From Mycobacteriales bacterium (GTDB taxonomy: Bacteria > Actinomycetota > Actinomycetes > JAFAQI01), in contig DASSEX010000085.1 in NCBI GenBank assembly GCA_035695045.1, forward strand, positions 6,440 through 70,439: a DNA stretch of 64,000 bases. The letters run 5' to 3'. The position numbers and the translations under genes were made by a program. Positions 8,928 to 19,116 of this stretch are shown here, one piece after another (the stretch's first letter is position 1; every line of letters begins with the position of its first letter). The notes under the pieces were generated by a model, which searched no databases, was not told where the DNA came from, and saw only the letters and a list, made by a program, of their open reading frames with translations.

Positions 8928-8983
8928 CTCCACCCGCCTGCGTGAGGTCCGCCTGCAGCAAACCATCGGGGGCGCCTCGTCGC

Positions 8984-9003
8984 TTAGGGACTTTGGTCCC
9001 TGG
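8984..9003. promoter_or_regulatory. DosR/DevR-type operator-like palindrome
   Basis: TTAGGGACTTTGGTCCCTGG against the M. tuberculosis consensus TTSGGGACTWWAGTCCCSAA. Lies between divergent starts 8927 (-) and 9144 (+). Confidence 0.6.
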
Positions 9004-9143
9004 ACCCGGGCCCCGAGAACTAGCCCGTCCGGGCAACTCCGTAGAGACGTGCGCGAAGTGCGTGAGACCTCTGATCAGCGGACTTGTGGCCCTATCCGCG
9101 CGGTCAGTCGTGCGGGACGGTCAGAGCACGCGGGAGGTGCACG

Positions 9144-9950
9144 ATGAGCGGCTGGAGATCGGCGCTCTTCGTACCCGTCGTCGTGAGCACCGCCCTCGCC
9201 TGCGGGACCGGCAGCTCGGTCGACGGCACGTCGCAACCACGACCATCGGTGACCCAGCCAGGGGAGACGATCTCGCCGTCGGCTCCGGCCTCCCCGTCCG
9301 CCACGGTCTCGCCGGCGTCCCCCTCTGCTGCTCCGTCGGCCCCGCGGCAGACCGATCGGCTGCTGCGCTTCGGTGACCGTGGCCCGGCGGTGCTGCGGCT
9401 TCAGCAGAAGCTGGTAGGACTCGGCTACTGGCTCGGCAAGCCCGACGCGGTCTTCGGTGGCGAGACGGAGCAAGCCGTCTACGCCCTGCAGCACGCGGCC
9501 GGCATCAGCGTGGACGGAGTGGTCGGGCGCGCAACCCTCGCCGCGCTCGCACGGCGGACGCAACCGTCGGCCCGCACCAGCGCAGGTGACGCGTTGGAGA
9601 TCGACGTCCCGCACCAGCTCCTGCTCGTCGTCGTCGGCGGCCGGGTGCAGTGGGTCCTGCACGTGTCGACCGGCGGCGAGTACGTGTACGTCGACCGCGG
9701 CGGGACCTACCGGGCGACGACGCCACGCGGGCGCTTCCACATCGAGCGGATGGTCGACGGCTGGGACCACTCGACCCTCGGCTGGCTCTGGCGGCCCGCT
9801 TACTTCGTCGGCGGCTACGCCCTGCACGGATACCTCGAGGTGCCGCCCTATCCGGCATCGCACGGATGCGTCCGGGTCGGCATGGCCGCCATGAACTGGC
9901 TCTGGGACTCGGGAATCGCGAAGGTCGGACAACCGATGTGGGTGTACTGA
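9144..9950 (+). CDS. L,D-transpeptidase lipoprotein with peptidoglycan-binding domain
   Basis: RBS GGGAGG, lipobox STALAC, PG_binding_1 (GDRGPAVLRLQQKLVGLGYW), YkuD catalytic ASHGCVRV. Confidence 0.88.
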   Translation: MSGWRSALFVPVVVSTALACGTGSSVDGTSQPRPSVTQPGETISPSAPASPSATVSPASPSAAPSAPRQTDRLLRFGDRGPAVLRLQQKLVGLGYWLGKPDAVFGGETEQAVYALQHAAGISVDGVVGRATLAALARRTQPSARTSAGDALEIDVPHQLLLVVVGGRVQWVLHVSTGGEYVYVDRGGTYRATTPRGRFHIERMVDGWDHSTLGWLWRPAYFVGGYALHGYLEVPPYPASHGCVRVGMAAMNWLWDSGIAKVGQPMWVY

Positions 9951-10696
9951 TGATGCGCAGGCGGATCACTGCGGTGGCGGTGGCGACGTACCTGCTCGCG
10001 GGGTTGGCGGCGGTGCCCGCCGTTGCGGATGAGCTACGGCTCGGCGTGAGCCCCCCGCGTCTCGTGCTCAACAGCTGCCCGGACCCCGCCCTGGTCGTGC
10101 GATCGCGGGCGCCCGGCACCGGTCGGACGGTGGCACTGACCTTCGACGACGGCCCCGGCCGGAGCACGACGTCGATCCTGAACGTCCTCGAGCAACGAGG
10201 CGTGCGCGCGACGTTCTTCAATCTCGGCGTCAACCTGGCGAATCACCTGGCACCACTTCAGCGCGAGGTTCGTCTCGGGGAGACGATCGGCAACCACACC
10301 TGGGACCACCCGCAGATGGACCTGCTGACGGCGTATGCGCAAGCGCGCGAGATCGACCGCACCTCGGCCGCTCTCGAGCGACTCGTCGGTGTGCGGCCGT
10401 GCCTCTTCCGGCCGCCTTACGGCGAGTACAACGCGACGACACTTCGCCTTGCCACGGCACGCGACCTGGGGTTCTGGACGTGGTCCGTCGATCCCGAGGA
10501 CTGGAAGGCGCAGGGTTCATCCTCCACCTACTGGGTTCGCCGCATCGTCTCGCGGGCGAGGGCAGGGCTCACCCAGCTGCATCCGGTCATCCTTCTGCAC
10601 AACTCGACCGCCGGAAACCCTGCGACCGTCGCCGCGCTGCCGCAGATCATCACTGCGTATCAGAGTGCCGGTTATCGCTTCGTGCGGTTGCGTTGA
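9950..10696 (+). CDS. Polysaccharide deacetylase (NodB family), secreted
   Basis: The ATG overlaps the ldt TGA by 1 nt. Signal peptide, TFDDGP, HTWDHP and LHNS motifs. Confidence 0.88.
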   Translation: MMRRRITAVAVATYLLAGLAAVPAVADELRLGVSPPRLVLNSCPDPALVVRSRAPGTGRTVALTFDDGPGRSTTSILNVLEQRGVRATFFNLGVNLANHLAPLQREVRLGETIGNHTWDHPQMDLLTAYAQAREIDRTSAALERLVGVRPCLFRPPYGEYNATTLRLATARDLGFWTWSVDPEDWKAQGSSSTYWVRRIVSRARAGLTQLHPVILLHNSTAGNPATVAALPQIITAYQSAGYRFVRLR

Positions 10697-10727
10697 CCAT
10701 GTGCGCGTACGTGGACCGGAGGACAGA

Positions 10728-12116
10728 ATGAGCCCCGTGCCCGCCGGCCTGGATTTCCTCGGGGGCGCCGGCACGGTCACCGGCAGCAAGTTCCTCGTGA
10801 CCGCCGGCGGCACTCAGGTGCTCGTCGACTGCGGGCTGTTCCAAGGTCTGCGCGAGCTACGGCGACGCAACTGGGACCCGTTCCCGCGGCCGCCGGGCGA
10901 CATCGACGCCGCGGTCATCAGTCACGCGCACCTCGACCACAGTGGGTACCTCCCGGCCCTCGTCCGCGACGGCTTCAGCGGTCCGATCTACCTGAGCTCC
11001 GGGACCGCTGCACTGGCCGACATCGTGCTGACCGACAGCGCGCATCTGCTTGCCGAGGACGCGGAGCATGCGCGGGTTCACGGCTACTCGAAGCACGACC
11101 CGCCGCTGCCTCTCTACACGGACGCGGACGTAGATGCCGCTGTCGCGTTGTTCCGGCCGGTTGCCTTCGGTGCATCGGTCACCGTCGGACCGGACCTGGC
11201 CGCGGAGCTGCAGCCGGCGGGTCACATCCTCGGATCGGCGTCGGTGCTGCTCACGCCGGCTGACGGTCCACGCGTGCTGTTCTCCGGCGACCTCGGCCGT
11301 AACCGGCATCCACTGCTGCGTCCCCCGCCGCCGCCACCCGAGGCGGACACGATCGTCGTCGAGTCGACGTACGGAAACCGGCAGCATGATCGCGACGAGG
11401 ACCATGACCGGCTCGCCGACGCGATCCGGCGCACCGTGGCGCGGGGCGGCTCTGTCGTCATCCCCGCCTTCGCGGTGGACCGCACCGAGGTCATCCTCAT
11501 GAGCCTGCGCGAGCTCCGCCGTGCCGATGCGATCCCGGACATCCCCATCTACGTCGACAGCCCGATGGCGCTGGCCGCTCTGCGGGTGTATCGCGAGGCC
11601 ATTCGCCGGCACGATCCGGAGCTGCGCGATGACCTTCCGGCCGTAGACCCGTTCGACCCGGGCAACGTGCACGAGCTGCGGACCGCGGCGGAGTCCAAGA
11701 CGATCAACAACCCGCGCTGGCCGTGCCTGATCATCTCTGCGTCGGGCATGGCGACGGGAGGGCGGGTGCTGCAACATCTCGAGTCGCTCATGCCGGAAGC
11801 ACGCAACACCGTCGTCCTCGCCGGCTACCAGGCCGTGGGCACCCGCGGGCGTGACCTGCTCGACGGCGCACGCTCGGTCAAGCTGCACGGCCGGAACGTG
11901 CCGGTGCGTGCCGAGATCGTCAACGTGCCGTTCTTCTCGGTGCACGCCGACGCCGGCGAGATCGTCGACTGGCTGCGTAGGGCCCCGCGGCCGCCGTCGA
12001 GCTGCTACGTCGTGCACGGCGAGCCGGAAGCGGCGGATGCGATGGCGGGCCGTATCCGTGGCGAGCTCGGCTGGTCGGTCACCGTGGCGTCCCTCGGCCA
12101 GCACGTCCGGCTCTGA
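10728..12116 (+). CDS. MBL-fold beta-CASP hydrolase (RNA-metabolising type)
   Basis: RBS GGAGGA. HAHLDHSGYLP (HxHxDH), ESTYG, and a C-terminal HGE motif typical of beta-CASP nucleases. Confidence 0.88.
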   Translation: MSPVPAGLDFLGGAGTVTGSKFLVTAGGTQVLVDCGLFQGLRELRRRNWDPFPRPPGDIDAAVISHAHLDHSGYLPALVRDGFSGPIYLSSGTAALADIVLTDSAHLLAEDAEHARVHGYSKHDPPLPLYTDADVDAAVALFRPVAFGASVTVGPDLAAELQPAGHILGSASVLLTPADGPRVLFSGDLGRNRHPLLRPPPPPPEADTIVVESTYGNRQHDRDEDHDRLADAIRRTVARGGSVVIPAFAVDRTEVILMSLRELRRADAIPDIPIYVDSPMALAALRVYREAIRRHDPELRDDLPAVDPFDPGNVHELRTAAESKTINNPRWPCLIISASGMATGGRVLQHLESLMPEARNTVVLAGYQAVGTRGRDLLDGARSVKLHGRNVPVRAEIVNVPFFSVHADAGEIVDWLRRAPRPPSSCYVVHGEPEAADAMAGRIRGELGWSVTVASLGQHVRL

Positions 12117-12124
12117 ACCGAGCC

Positions 12125-12141
12125 GCACGTAACTGAGGCCC
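12125..12141. promoter_or_regulatory. DosR-like box, CCTAAGCCTCT subclass
   Basis: GAGGCCCTAAGCCTCTG, about 70 nt upstream of the USP start. Shares GG(A/C)CCTA(A/C)GCCTCT with the sites at 20661 and 29471. Confidence 0.4.
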
Positions 12142-12209
12142 TAAGCCTCTGTCCGCGGGATGGCCTCACCTCGGACGCTGGTGTTGTACGAAGCGACAGA
12201 GAAGACGAG

Positions 12210-12677
12210 GTGGGACAGATGAGCGGGATCGTCGTCGGGCTCGAGGACGCGCCGGACGCGATGAGCGCGCTGGACTGGGCCCTCACCGAGGCTGCCGAGC
12301 GTCACGAGCCGTTGACCGTGGTCAGTGTCGTGAACGACCTGCCTGTCGCAACGCCGGGTTTCTACGCCAGCGACGCGGCGGGTCACGTGCACGACGTACG
12401 CCGTTCCACCCGAAGCTGGGCCGATCGCGTCGTGAAGTCGACGGTCGCCCGGCACCGGGACGTGGCGGGCGTCTCCGTGAAGGTGAAGGTCGTCGGAGGT
12501 AGCCCCGCGAAGGTGCTGACCGACATGTCACGGGACGCGTCGATGGTCGTCGTCGGAAGGCGGGGATCCAACCCCGTCAGCCGCTTGCTGCTGGGATCGG
12601 TGAGCAGCACTGTCGTGCACCACGCAGAGTGCCCGGTGGTCGTCGTACCGGAGGAGGGGTCAGGTCATGAAGGCTGA
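12210..12677 (+). CDS. Universal stress protein (single domain)
   Basis: IVVGLEDAP..., VVGRRGSNPVSRLLLGSVSSTVVHHAECPVVVV. Start is GTG 12210 or ATG 12219. Confidence 0.88.
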   Translation: MGQMSGIVVGLEDAPDAMSALDWALTEAAERHEPLTVVSVVNDLPVATPGFYASDAAGHVHDVRRSTRSWADRVVKSTVARHRDVAGVSVKVKVVGGSPAKVLTDMSRDASMVVVGRRGSNPVSRLLLGSVSSTVVHHAECPVVVVPEEGSGHEG

Positions 12678-12870
12678 GGCAGGCGACCGCATCATCGTCC
12701 GCTCCACACACGTCGGCGAGCCGGACCGCGACGGGGAGATCCTCGAGGTGCACGGACCCGACGGTGGGCCGCCGTATCTCGTCCGGTGGTCGGAGGACGG
12801 GCATGAAGGCCTGCTCTTCCCGGGGCCGGACACCCTGATCCACCACCACGGCGAGGTGCAGCGCGCCTGA
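12667..12870 (+). CDS. DUF1918-like small protein
   Basis: RBS GGAGGAGGGG. GDRIIVRS..GEPDRDGEILEVHGPDGGPPYLVRWSEDGHEGLLFPG matches the DUF1918 pattern. 11-nt overlap with the USP gene. Confidence 0.75.
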   Translation: MKAEAGDRIIVRSTHVGEPDRDGEILEVHGPDGGPPYLVRWSEDGHEGLLFPGPDTLIHHHGEVQRA

Positions 12871-12901
12871 GCGCACAGCCGCCGCCGATCGACGCGCCGG
12901 G

Positions 12902-13078
12902 TCAGCGGCGCATCAGCTGGAAGCTCTCGAAGAACTCGCAGCGACCGCGGTGCTTCGCGCGCCGGTAGCAGCGCCGCCGTCCGCTGACGTCGCAGCGACC
13001 GCAGTAGCCGAGGGCGCGCAGCGCCGCGTCGATCTCGACACGCCGCGGACGTGACATGGCGGGTCGTCGCCGCTTCAT
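12902..13078 (-). CDS. Candidate 58-aa Arg/Cys-rich small protein
   Basis: ATG 13078 forms an ATGA overlap with the stop of the upstream binding-protein gene. Codon third positions are mostly G/C from codon 13 onward. [58 protein letters not shown] carries a CxxC-x7-C-x9-C pattern. No family recognised. Confidence 0.35.
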   Translation of the reverse strand: MKRRRPAMSRPRRVEIDAALRALGYCGRCDVSGRRRCYRRAKHRGRCEFFESFQLMRR

Positions 13079-14418
13079 GGCCGGTAGCCGATGTCCGGGA
13101 CGACGAAGCAGTTGCGCTTCATGTCCGCCACCTGTTCGGCCCAACCGCCCCTTCCGCCGTTCATCGTGTCCTCCCAGCGCGCGACGTTCACGCAGGCGAG
13201 GTGCCGTGTGAGCTGGGCAGGGCCGACCGTGAAGGTGCGGGGGAGGAGCAGGCCGCGCGCGTCGTACGGCACGGCCCGGCCCATGTAGCGCTCGACACAC
13301 GCGCGCGTGAGGTTCTTTCCGCAGGAGGCGGCCGCGTCGGCGAACCACTGAGCCCCCGCCCATCCCTCGAGGGCCCACGCCGACATCGTCCCCGGCTCGT
13401 CCCATCCGAGCCGCGCCATCGCCTGCCGGAACCGTTGCACCTCCGGCACGCCGGCGGCGTCGAAGCTGCGGACGCCCCCGGTGACGTAGAGCGAGTTGCG
13501 GCAGCGCGGGCTGTCCCGGTAGTCACTGAGGACGTCGGCGTTCCAGGCCTGGGTGGTGCTGACCTTCGCCCTGACGAACAGGCGGTTCTCATCCATCGCC
13601 TTGCACAACCGCTCGTTGCCCAGCCGGTCGATCGCGTCGTAGACGTACCGGACGCCGGCCTGCCGGAACTTGATGGCCACCGAGTCGTAGTCCGGCAGTG
13701 CGAAGTTGACCTGCGCTCGTACGACGGTGTAGCCCTCGGTCCGCAAGCCGCGCGTGAGCGAGTCCGCATAAGCCTTCGACGACAACTCGTTGAAGTAGAC
13801 GACGCCGGCGCGCAGCGGGTCCCCGGGGAACCGGTCCTTGAAGAAGCGGTACGTCTCTGTGCCGCCACGGAGCTGTCCGTGCCATCCGATCTCGCCGTTG
13901 CGTGGGTAGCTCTCACCCGTGACGTCCCAAAGGTGCGGGTACTTCGTGTAGGCCAGATCGATCGGCTGTGCACCGATGTCGGGCACTGCCGCGTCGTTGA
14001 CCGTCTTCGCGCCCGCGTAGTCGAGGATGGCCGACGACACCAGAGCGAACACCCTGTCCTGCTCGATGAGTCGGTGCACACAGCTGACGTTCTCGGCGCC
14101 GTTGCCCTTGTCGTCGCAGACCTTGAGCACGAGTCGCCGCCCGTTGATGCCGCCACTGCGGTTGACGTCGTCGATGAATGCGCGAAGACCGTAGCTCGGG
14201 CCGGCAAACGCGGCCGGGTCGAACAAGTTCGTCAGGCTGGCGATCGTCCCGATGGTGATCGAGGTCGACGTCACGCCGTTCACGGACGCGCCCGGCGACG
14301 CAGTCGGCGATGCCGGGAGAGACCCGGACGAGGTGAACGCGGAGTCGGGCAGTCGCGTCCCGCACGCGGCACCGGCCACGAGCATCGCGGCTGCGGCCAC
14401 GGCGATCCTCGTCCTCAT
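13075..14418 (-). CDS. ABC transporter substrate-binding lipoprotein (type-1 PBP, Leu/Ile/Val-binding-like)
   Basis: RBS GGAAAGG, lipobox [23 protein letters not shown]..., [11 protein letters not shown]... are typical of the LivJ-like family. Confidence 0.85.
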   Translation of the reverse strand: MRTRIAVAAAAMLVAGAACGTRLPDSAFTSSGSLPASPTASPGASVNGVTSTSITIGTIASLTNLFDPAAFAGPSYGLRAFIDDVNRSGGINGRRLVLKVCDDKGNGAENVSCVHRLIEQDRVFALVSSAILDYAGAKTVNDAAVPDIGAQPIDLAYTKYPHLWDVTGESYPRNGEIGWHGQLRGGTETYRFFKDRFPGDPLRAGVVYFNELSSKAYADSLTRGLRTEGYTVVRAQVNFALPDYDSVAIKFRQAGVRYVYDAIDRLGNERLCKAMDENRLFVRAKVSTTQAWNADVLSDYRDSPRCRNSLYVTGGVRSFDAAGVPEVQRFRQAMARLGWDEPGTMSAWALEGWAGAQWFADAAASCGKNLTRACVERYMGRAVPYDARGLLLPRTFTVGPAQLTRHLACVNVARWEDTMNGGRGGWAEQVADMKRNCFVVPDIGYRP

Positions 14419-14471
14419 CCTTTCCGTGTACCTGTGGCGTCGCGGCGACGGTAGGGGCGAATGGCCCATCC

Positions 14472-14488
14472 GGGACCATCGACCCTGG
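14472..14488. promoter_or_regulatory. DosR-like box
   Basis: GGGACCATCGACCCTGG between the divergent binding-protein gene (14418) and the P-type ATPase. Its centre is 43.5 nt from GTG 14522. Confidence 0.45.
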
Positions 14489-14521
14489 CAGCGTCGGCGC
14501 CGGGCTGCCCATGGTGGGGCA

Positions 14522-17260
14522 GTGGTCGAGCTGTGGGACGGCGCACGCGACGCGGAAGCACGCTCCGCGGAGCCGCCCGGGCTCGACATCGAGGTCCAGG
14601 TCGCCGATGCCGGCGAACCCCTTCCCGCCTTCCTGCGTCGACTGCGGACCTCCGCGAACGGGCTGTCGGACAGGGAGGCTCACCGCCGGCTCCTGCAGGT
14701 CGGTCCGAACATGCTGCCTCCGCCTGCGGGGTCCCGTTGGCTGAGGGATCTCTCCGACCAGCTGGTCCACCCGCTCGCCCTGGTTCTCTGGGCCGCAGCA
14801 GCGCTGGCGTGGTTGTCGGGCACCCACGGCATCGCTGCGGCGATCGTCGCCGTCATCGTGGTCAACGCCCTCTTCGCGTTCGTGCAGGAACAGCAGGCGG
14901 AGCGCGCTGCCGAGGCGCTCAACTCGCTGCTGCCTGCGTCGTCCGTCGTCATTCGTGACGGTGTCTCCTGCTCGGTCGCTGCCGCCGAGCTCGTGCCGGG
15001 CGACCTCCTCGTCATCGAGGAAGGCGACCGGATCAGTGCCGACGCGCGCCTGGTCTCCGGCGACCTCGAAGTGGACATGTCGGCCGTCACCGGTGAGTCG
15101 ATGCCGGTCGACCGCTCGGCCGGGCCTTCGGCGGGCGGCACAGGCAGATGGATGAGCCAGACCAACCTCGTGCTGTCCGGGACGCTGTGCACAGCGGGGG
15201 AAGCCCGGGCACTCGTCTTCGCGACGGGCAGCCACACCGAGCTCGGCCGGATCGCCGCACTGTCCCAACGGGTGACGCGCGACCGCAGCCCGCTGGAGCG
15301 CCAGGTGCGCACGGTCGCCTGGCTCATCGCCGCCGTGGGGACCGTCGTCGGCGCCCTCTTCATGCCGCTCGGCCTGCTGGCCGGGCTGTCGGCGCACGAC
15401 TCGTTCCTCTTTGCCGTCGGGCTTCTCGTGGCCAACGTGCCGGAGGGACTGCTGCCGACGATCACCCTGGCCCTGGCCGTCGGCGTGCGCAGCCTGGCCG
15501 GGCGAGGTGCGGTGGTGAAGCGGCTCAGCGCCGTCGAGACGCTCGGTGCGACGACGGTGATCTGCACCGACAAGACCGGCACGTTGACGCTGAACCGGAT
15601 GGCCGTCGTGCGGATGTGGACGCCGGCCACCGGCCCCGTCGCCCCGGGCGCCCCGGGTGCCGAGCCGCTCGTCGCCGCGATCGCCGCGTGTTCCACCGTC
15701 GTGGAGACCGCCGAAGGACCGACGAGTGCGGATGCGACCGAGCTGGCTCTCTTCGAGCTGACGGCTCCGGGCGATCGCCGCCGCCTCGTCGAAGAGCGGG
15801 ACGCAGCGCGGGTGGCCCTTTTCCGCTTCAGCTCGGAGCGCCGGAGGATGTCCGTCGTCCAGCGCGAGGACGCCGCCTTCGCGATCTACGCGAAGGGTGC
15901 GGTCGAGGCGGTCTTGCCGAGATGCGCCGATGTCGTCGGCACGGATGTCGCAGCGCTGCCCACCGACGGCGCCGCAGCGGCGCGCGACGTCGCGGATGAC
16001 ATGGCGCGGGACGGTCTACGTGTGCTCGCGATCGCGTCGCGCCGCGAGCTGACGGTCGTCGCCGATGCGGATGCAGCGGAGCGCGATCTCGTTCTGCTCG
16101 GCGTCGTCGGGCTGCTGGACCCACCTCGGCCCGAGGTGCCCGCTGCGATCGCGGCATGTCACGACGCCGGCATCAGGATTCACGTCGTCACGGGCGACAA
16201 CGGCGCGACCGCCGCCCACATTGCGCGCGACGTGGGTATCGGACGCGACGGGCTGGTGGTCATCTCCGGTGACGAGCTGGATGCCATGACCGAGCCCGAG
16301 CTCGACGAAGTGCTCGCCCGGGACGCCGAGATCGTCTTCGCGCGTAGCTCTCCGGAGGCGAAGCTTCGCATCGCGGACGCGCTGCGCGCGCTCGGTCACG
16401 TCGTTGCCATGACGGGTGACGGCGTGAACGACGCGCCCGCACTGCACCGGGCGGACATCGGTGTCGCCATGGGGTTGAGCGGCACCGACGTGGCCCGCGA
16501 GTCGGCGACGATGGTGCTGACCGACGACAACTTCGCGACGATCGCGGCAGCTGTCGAGGAGGGCCGTCGGGTCTACGCCAACGTACGGAAGTTCATCCTC
16601 TACATCTTCGCCCACGCGACTCCGGAGATCGTCCCGTTCCTCGTCTTCGCGTTGGCCGGGGGGCTGGTCCCGCTGCCGTTGACGGTCGTCCAGATCCTCG
16701 CGATCGACCTCGGCACGGAGACGTTGCCGGCGCTCGCTTTGGGACGCGAGGGCGCCGAGCCGGGGACGATGTCCGCGCCGCCGCGGCCGCGCTCGGAGAA
16801 CGTCGTCACCCGTCCGCTTCTCACCCGCGCGTGGCTGCTCCTCGGTGGTGTCTCCGCCGCACTGGTGTGCGGGGCGTTCTTCCTCACCCTCCAACACGTC
16901 GGCTGGCATCCGGGCGCAGCGACCGGCCGCTCCTCGCCCCTGCACCACGGCTATCAGGAGGCGACGACGGCGACCTTCGTCGGGATCGTCGCCTGCCAGC
17001 TCGGGACCGCATGGGCTGCCCGCCGCGACCGAGCCCGCATCCGGGACATGGGCATCTGGAGCAACCGCCTGCTTCTCGCCGGTGTCGCGTTCGAGGTCGG
17101 GTTCACGGCGGCGGTCGTGACGCTGCCCGGACTGAGCGGTCTCCTCGGCATGGCGGTGCCGCCTCCGCTGACCCTCGCCGTCATCGCGACGTTCCCTTTC
17201 ATCGTCTGGGCTGCGGACGAGCTGCGGCGCCGGCTGGCAACGCGGGACCTCCGGCCCTAG
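14522..17260 (+). CDS. Cation-translocating P-type ATPase (type II, PEGL)
   Basis: TGES (VTGESMPV), [31 protein letters not shown]. No in-frame ATG lies after the divergent gene, so GTG 14522 is the chosen start and it is uncertain. Confidence 0.9.
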   Translation: MVELWDGARDAEARSAEPPGLDIEVQVADAGEPLPAFLRRLRTSANGLSDREAHRRLLQVGPNMLPPPAGSRWLRDLSDQLVHPLALVLWAAAALAWLSGTHGIAAAIVAVIVVNALFAFVQEQQAERAAEALNSLLPASSVVIRDGVSCSVAAAELVPGDLLVIEEGDRISADARLVSGDLEVDMSAVTGESMPVDRSAGPSAGGTGRWMSQTNLVLSGTLCTAGEARALVFATGSHTELGRIAALSQRVTRDRSPLERQVRTVAWLIAAVGTVVGALFMPLGLLAGLSAHDSFLFAVGLLVANVPEGLLPTITLALAVGVRSLAGRGAVVKRLSAVETLGATTVICTDKTGTLTLNRMAVVRMWTPATGPVAPGAPGAEPLVAAIAACSTVVETAEGPTSADATELALFELTAPGDRRRLVEERDAARVALFRFSSERRRMSVVQREDAAFAIYAKGAVEAVLPRCADVVGTDVAALPTDGAAAARDVADDMARDGLRVLAIASRRELTVVADADAAERDLVLLGVVGLLDPPRPEVPAAIAACHDAGIRIHVVTGDNGATAAHIARDVGIGRDGLVVISGDELDAMTEPELDEVLARDAEIVFARSSPEAKLRIADALRALGHVVAMTGDGVNDAPALHRADIGVAMGLSGTDVARESATMVLTDDNFATIAAAVEEGRRVYANVRKFILYIFAHATPEIVPFLVFALAGGLVPLPLTVVQILAIDLGTETLPALALGREGAEPGTMSAPPRPRSENVVTRPLLTRAWLLLGGVSAALVCGAFFLTLQHVGWHPGAATGRSSPLHHGYQEATTATFVGIVACQLGTAWAARRDRARIRDMGIWSNRLLLAGVAFEVGFTAAVVTLPGLSGLLGMAVPPPLTLAVIATFPFIVWAADELRRRLATRDLRP
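17244..17260. promoter_or_regulatory. DosR-like box
   Basis: GGGACCTCCGGCCCTAG covers the last codons and stop of the ATPase, 51 nt upstream of the tandem USP ATG 17311. Confidence 0.4.
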
Positions 17261-17310
17261 CACTCGTCGCCACACCGGTCCAGCGTGGAAGTCGTTCGGG
17301 GAGGTGTGCG

Positions 17311-18180
17311 ATGACTCTGCAGCGACCTTCGATTCTCGTCGGGTGCGACGGGTCACCCGAGTCCGAAACGGCGCTTGGTTGGGCCGCCGAACACGCACGC
17401 GTCACGGGGGGAAGCCTCCGTCTCCTGACCACGTGGGAATGGCCGACGTTCCAGGGTGCGCCGATCACGTATGGCCGGTGGGACCCCGAGGCCGACTGCC
17501 GGGCACGACTCGCGCGGCTGCGGGAGGAGTCGGAGCTTCCGGCCGAGCGGGTGATGACCGAGGTGCTGCGCGGCCACCCCGCGCACCATCTGGTCGAGCG
17601 CGCGAAGGACGCCGACCTGCTCGTCGTCGGCACCCACGGGATGGGGGCCGTCTCCCGGCTGCTGCTGGGATCGGTGTCGACGTACTGCGCCAGTCACTCC
17701 ACCGTGCCGGTCGCGATGGTGCGGCCCCGCCGCCCGCGGGCCCGGGGCGTGCTGGTCGGTGTCGACGATTCCGAGAACGCCCGCAGTGCCCTGCGCTGGG
17801 CGATGGACTATGCCGATCAGACCGGCCAGCGGTTGACGGTGCTCACCGTCGTGGAGCCGCTGGCCCTTCCCGTCGGGCCGGGGTTCCCCGCTGCGCTGAC
17901 GTATCCGTCGGCGACGATCCACCGGGAGGCGCGCCACGCGCTGCGCGAGCTCCTCGCCAAGGAGGTGGCCGACCGTGGGCGCGAGGTCGCGGCGGGTGTC
18001 ACGATCCGGGTGCTCGACGGGCATCCGGCGCACGTGCTGGCGTGGGAGTCGAAGCGCGCCAACGTGACGGTCGCGGGGCGGCGCGGCGCCGGTGGCCTGC
18101 ACCGGCTCGTCGTCGGGTCGGTCGCGACTGCTCTCGCTCACCACGGCGAGTCGACCGTCGTGCTCACGCCGAGCATCTAG
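17311..18180 (+). CDS. Tandem universal stress protein
   Basis: RBS GGGGAGG. Two USP repeats, each ending G(T/R)HG..../GSV(S/A)T....H....PV. Confidence 0.88.
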   Translation: MTLQRPSILVGCDGSPESETALGWAAEHARVTGGSLRLLTTWEWPTFQGAPITYGRWDPEADCRARLARLREESELPAERVMTEVLRGHPAHHLVERAKDADLLVVGTHGMGAVSRLLLGSVSTYCASHSTVPVAMVRPRRPRARGVLVGVDDSENARSALRWAMDYADQTGQRLTVLTVVEPLALPVGPGFPAALTYPSATIHREARHALRELLAKEVADRGREVAAGVTIRVLDGHPAHVLAWESKRANVTVAGRRGAGGLHRLVVGSVATALAHHGESTVVLTPSI

Positions 18181-18197
18181 AGCCGGCGGAGCTCCCG

Positions 18198-19073
18198 ATG
18201 ACCGGTCGAGGCGCCCTCGCCGCGATCGGGTGCGTGGCCCTGCTGGCGGCATGCGGCAACGGCTCCGGGCCGGCGACACGGCCCGAGCCGTCGGGCACTC
18301 CGACGTCGACGGCCTCGCCCACGCAGACGCCATCGACGAGCACGCCCGGTACGACGACCTCGACCCGGCCGACGGTGCGACCCACGACCACCCGGCCGGT
18401 GCCGAGCACGCCCCCGGCGACGACATCGCCGCCCGTCGCACTGCCCGCGTGGTTACGCGGTTCGCCCGTCACCCGGATCCCGACGACGCGTCGCGTCGTG
18501 GCCCTCACGTTCGACGGTGGATCCGGTGCGCAAGGTGCCGCGGCGATCCTCTCCACGCTGCGTGCCGCCGGCGTGCCGGCGACCTTCTTCCTGACCGGCG
18601 ACTTCGTCCGCACCCACCCAGGCACGGCCGCGGCGATCGCCGGCGGTCATTACCTCATCGGCAACCACACGATGACGCATCCACACCTGACCCGGCTGAC
18701 ATCGGCTGCGATCAAGGACCAGATCACCCGGGCCGAACAGCAGCTGAAGCCGGTTGTGGGTCACAGCCCCCGACCGTGGTTCCGCTTCCCGTTCGGTGAG
18801 TACGACGCGCGCACCCTGCAGATCGTGCACGCGATGGGGTACGGCGCCATCGGCTGGACCGTCGACAGCCGCGGTTGGCAAGGCCGCGCCGCCGGTACTG
18901 CTGCCGACGTCGTGACGCGCGTGCGGGCCGCATTGCAGCCCGGTGCGATCGTGCTGATGCATCTGGGCGCGAACCCCGACGACGGGACCACGTTCGACGC
19001 CGATGCACTTCCGCGAATCATTGCGGCCGTCCGAGCGGCCGGCTACTCCTTCGTGGCCCTCAACGGCTGGTGA
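18198..19073 (+). CDS. Polysaccharide deacetylase lipoprotein with Thr/Pro-rich linker
   Basis: Lipobox LLAAC, TFDGGS, HTMTHP, LMHLG motifs. Start trimmed to MTGRGAL. Confidence 0.88.
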   Translation: MTGRGALAAIGCVALLAACGNGSGPATRPEPSGTPTSTASPTQTPSTSTPGTTTSTRPTVRPTTTRPVPSTPPATTSPPVALPAWLRGSPVTRIPTTRRVVALTFDGGSGAQGAAAILSTLRAAGVPATFFLTGDFVRTHPGTAAAIAGGHYLIGNHTMTHPHLTRLTSAAIKDQITRAEQQLKPVVGHSPRPWFRFPFGEYDARTLQIVHAMGYGAIGWTVDSRGWQGRAAGTAADVVTRVRAALQPGAIVLMHLGANPDDGTTFDADALPRIIAAVRAAGYSFVALNGW

Positions 19074-19116
19074 CCGCGATGCAGCACTCGCAACGAACAC
19101 TGTCAAGGAGGTCGTG

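Noticed and set aside
8960-9143. Possible ydaO/cyclic-di-AMP riboswitch upstream of the L,D-transpeptidase (CGCUUA + hairpin + GGACCC ... CCCGAGAAC ... CUCCGUAGAG)
   Set aside because: Only fragments resemble the motif I remember. The central pseudo-symmetric half (GGGGUGAAUCC region, ACAGCUAACCUCGUA) is missing and the P1 pairing is poor. The hairpin is better explained as the DosR-type palindrome. A cmsearch with RF00379 would settle it.
9761-9779. Box-like strings inside CDS, e.g. GGGACCACTCGACCCTCGG at 9765, GGGACCTTCACCCAGG at 8344 and GGGACCCTGACCCACGG at 25844
   Set aside because: They have wrong spacing or degenerate second half-sites. They are located deep inside coding regions and are dictated by conserved peptide motifs such as DKTGTLT, so they are treated as chance matches.
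12902-13405. 167-aa version of the small ORF
   Set aside because: The upstream 109 codons overlap the C-terminal coding region of the binding-protein gene in another frame and are Arg/Gly/Pro junk. Only the distal 58 codons after the ATGA junction are plausible.
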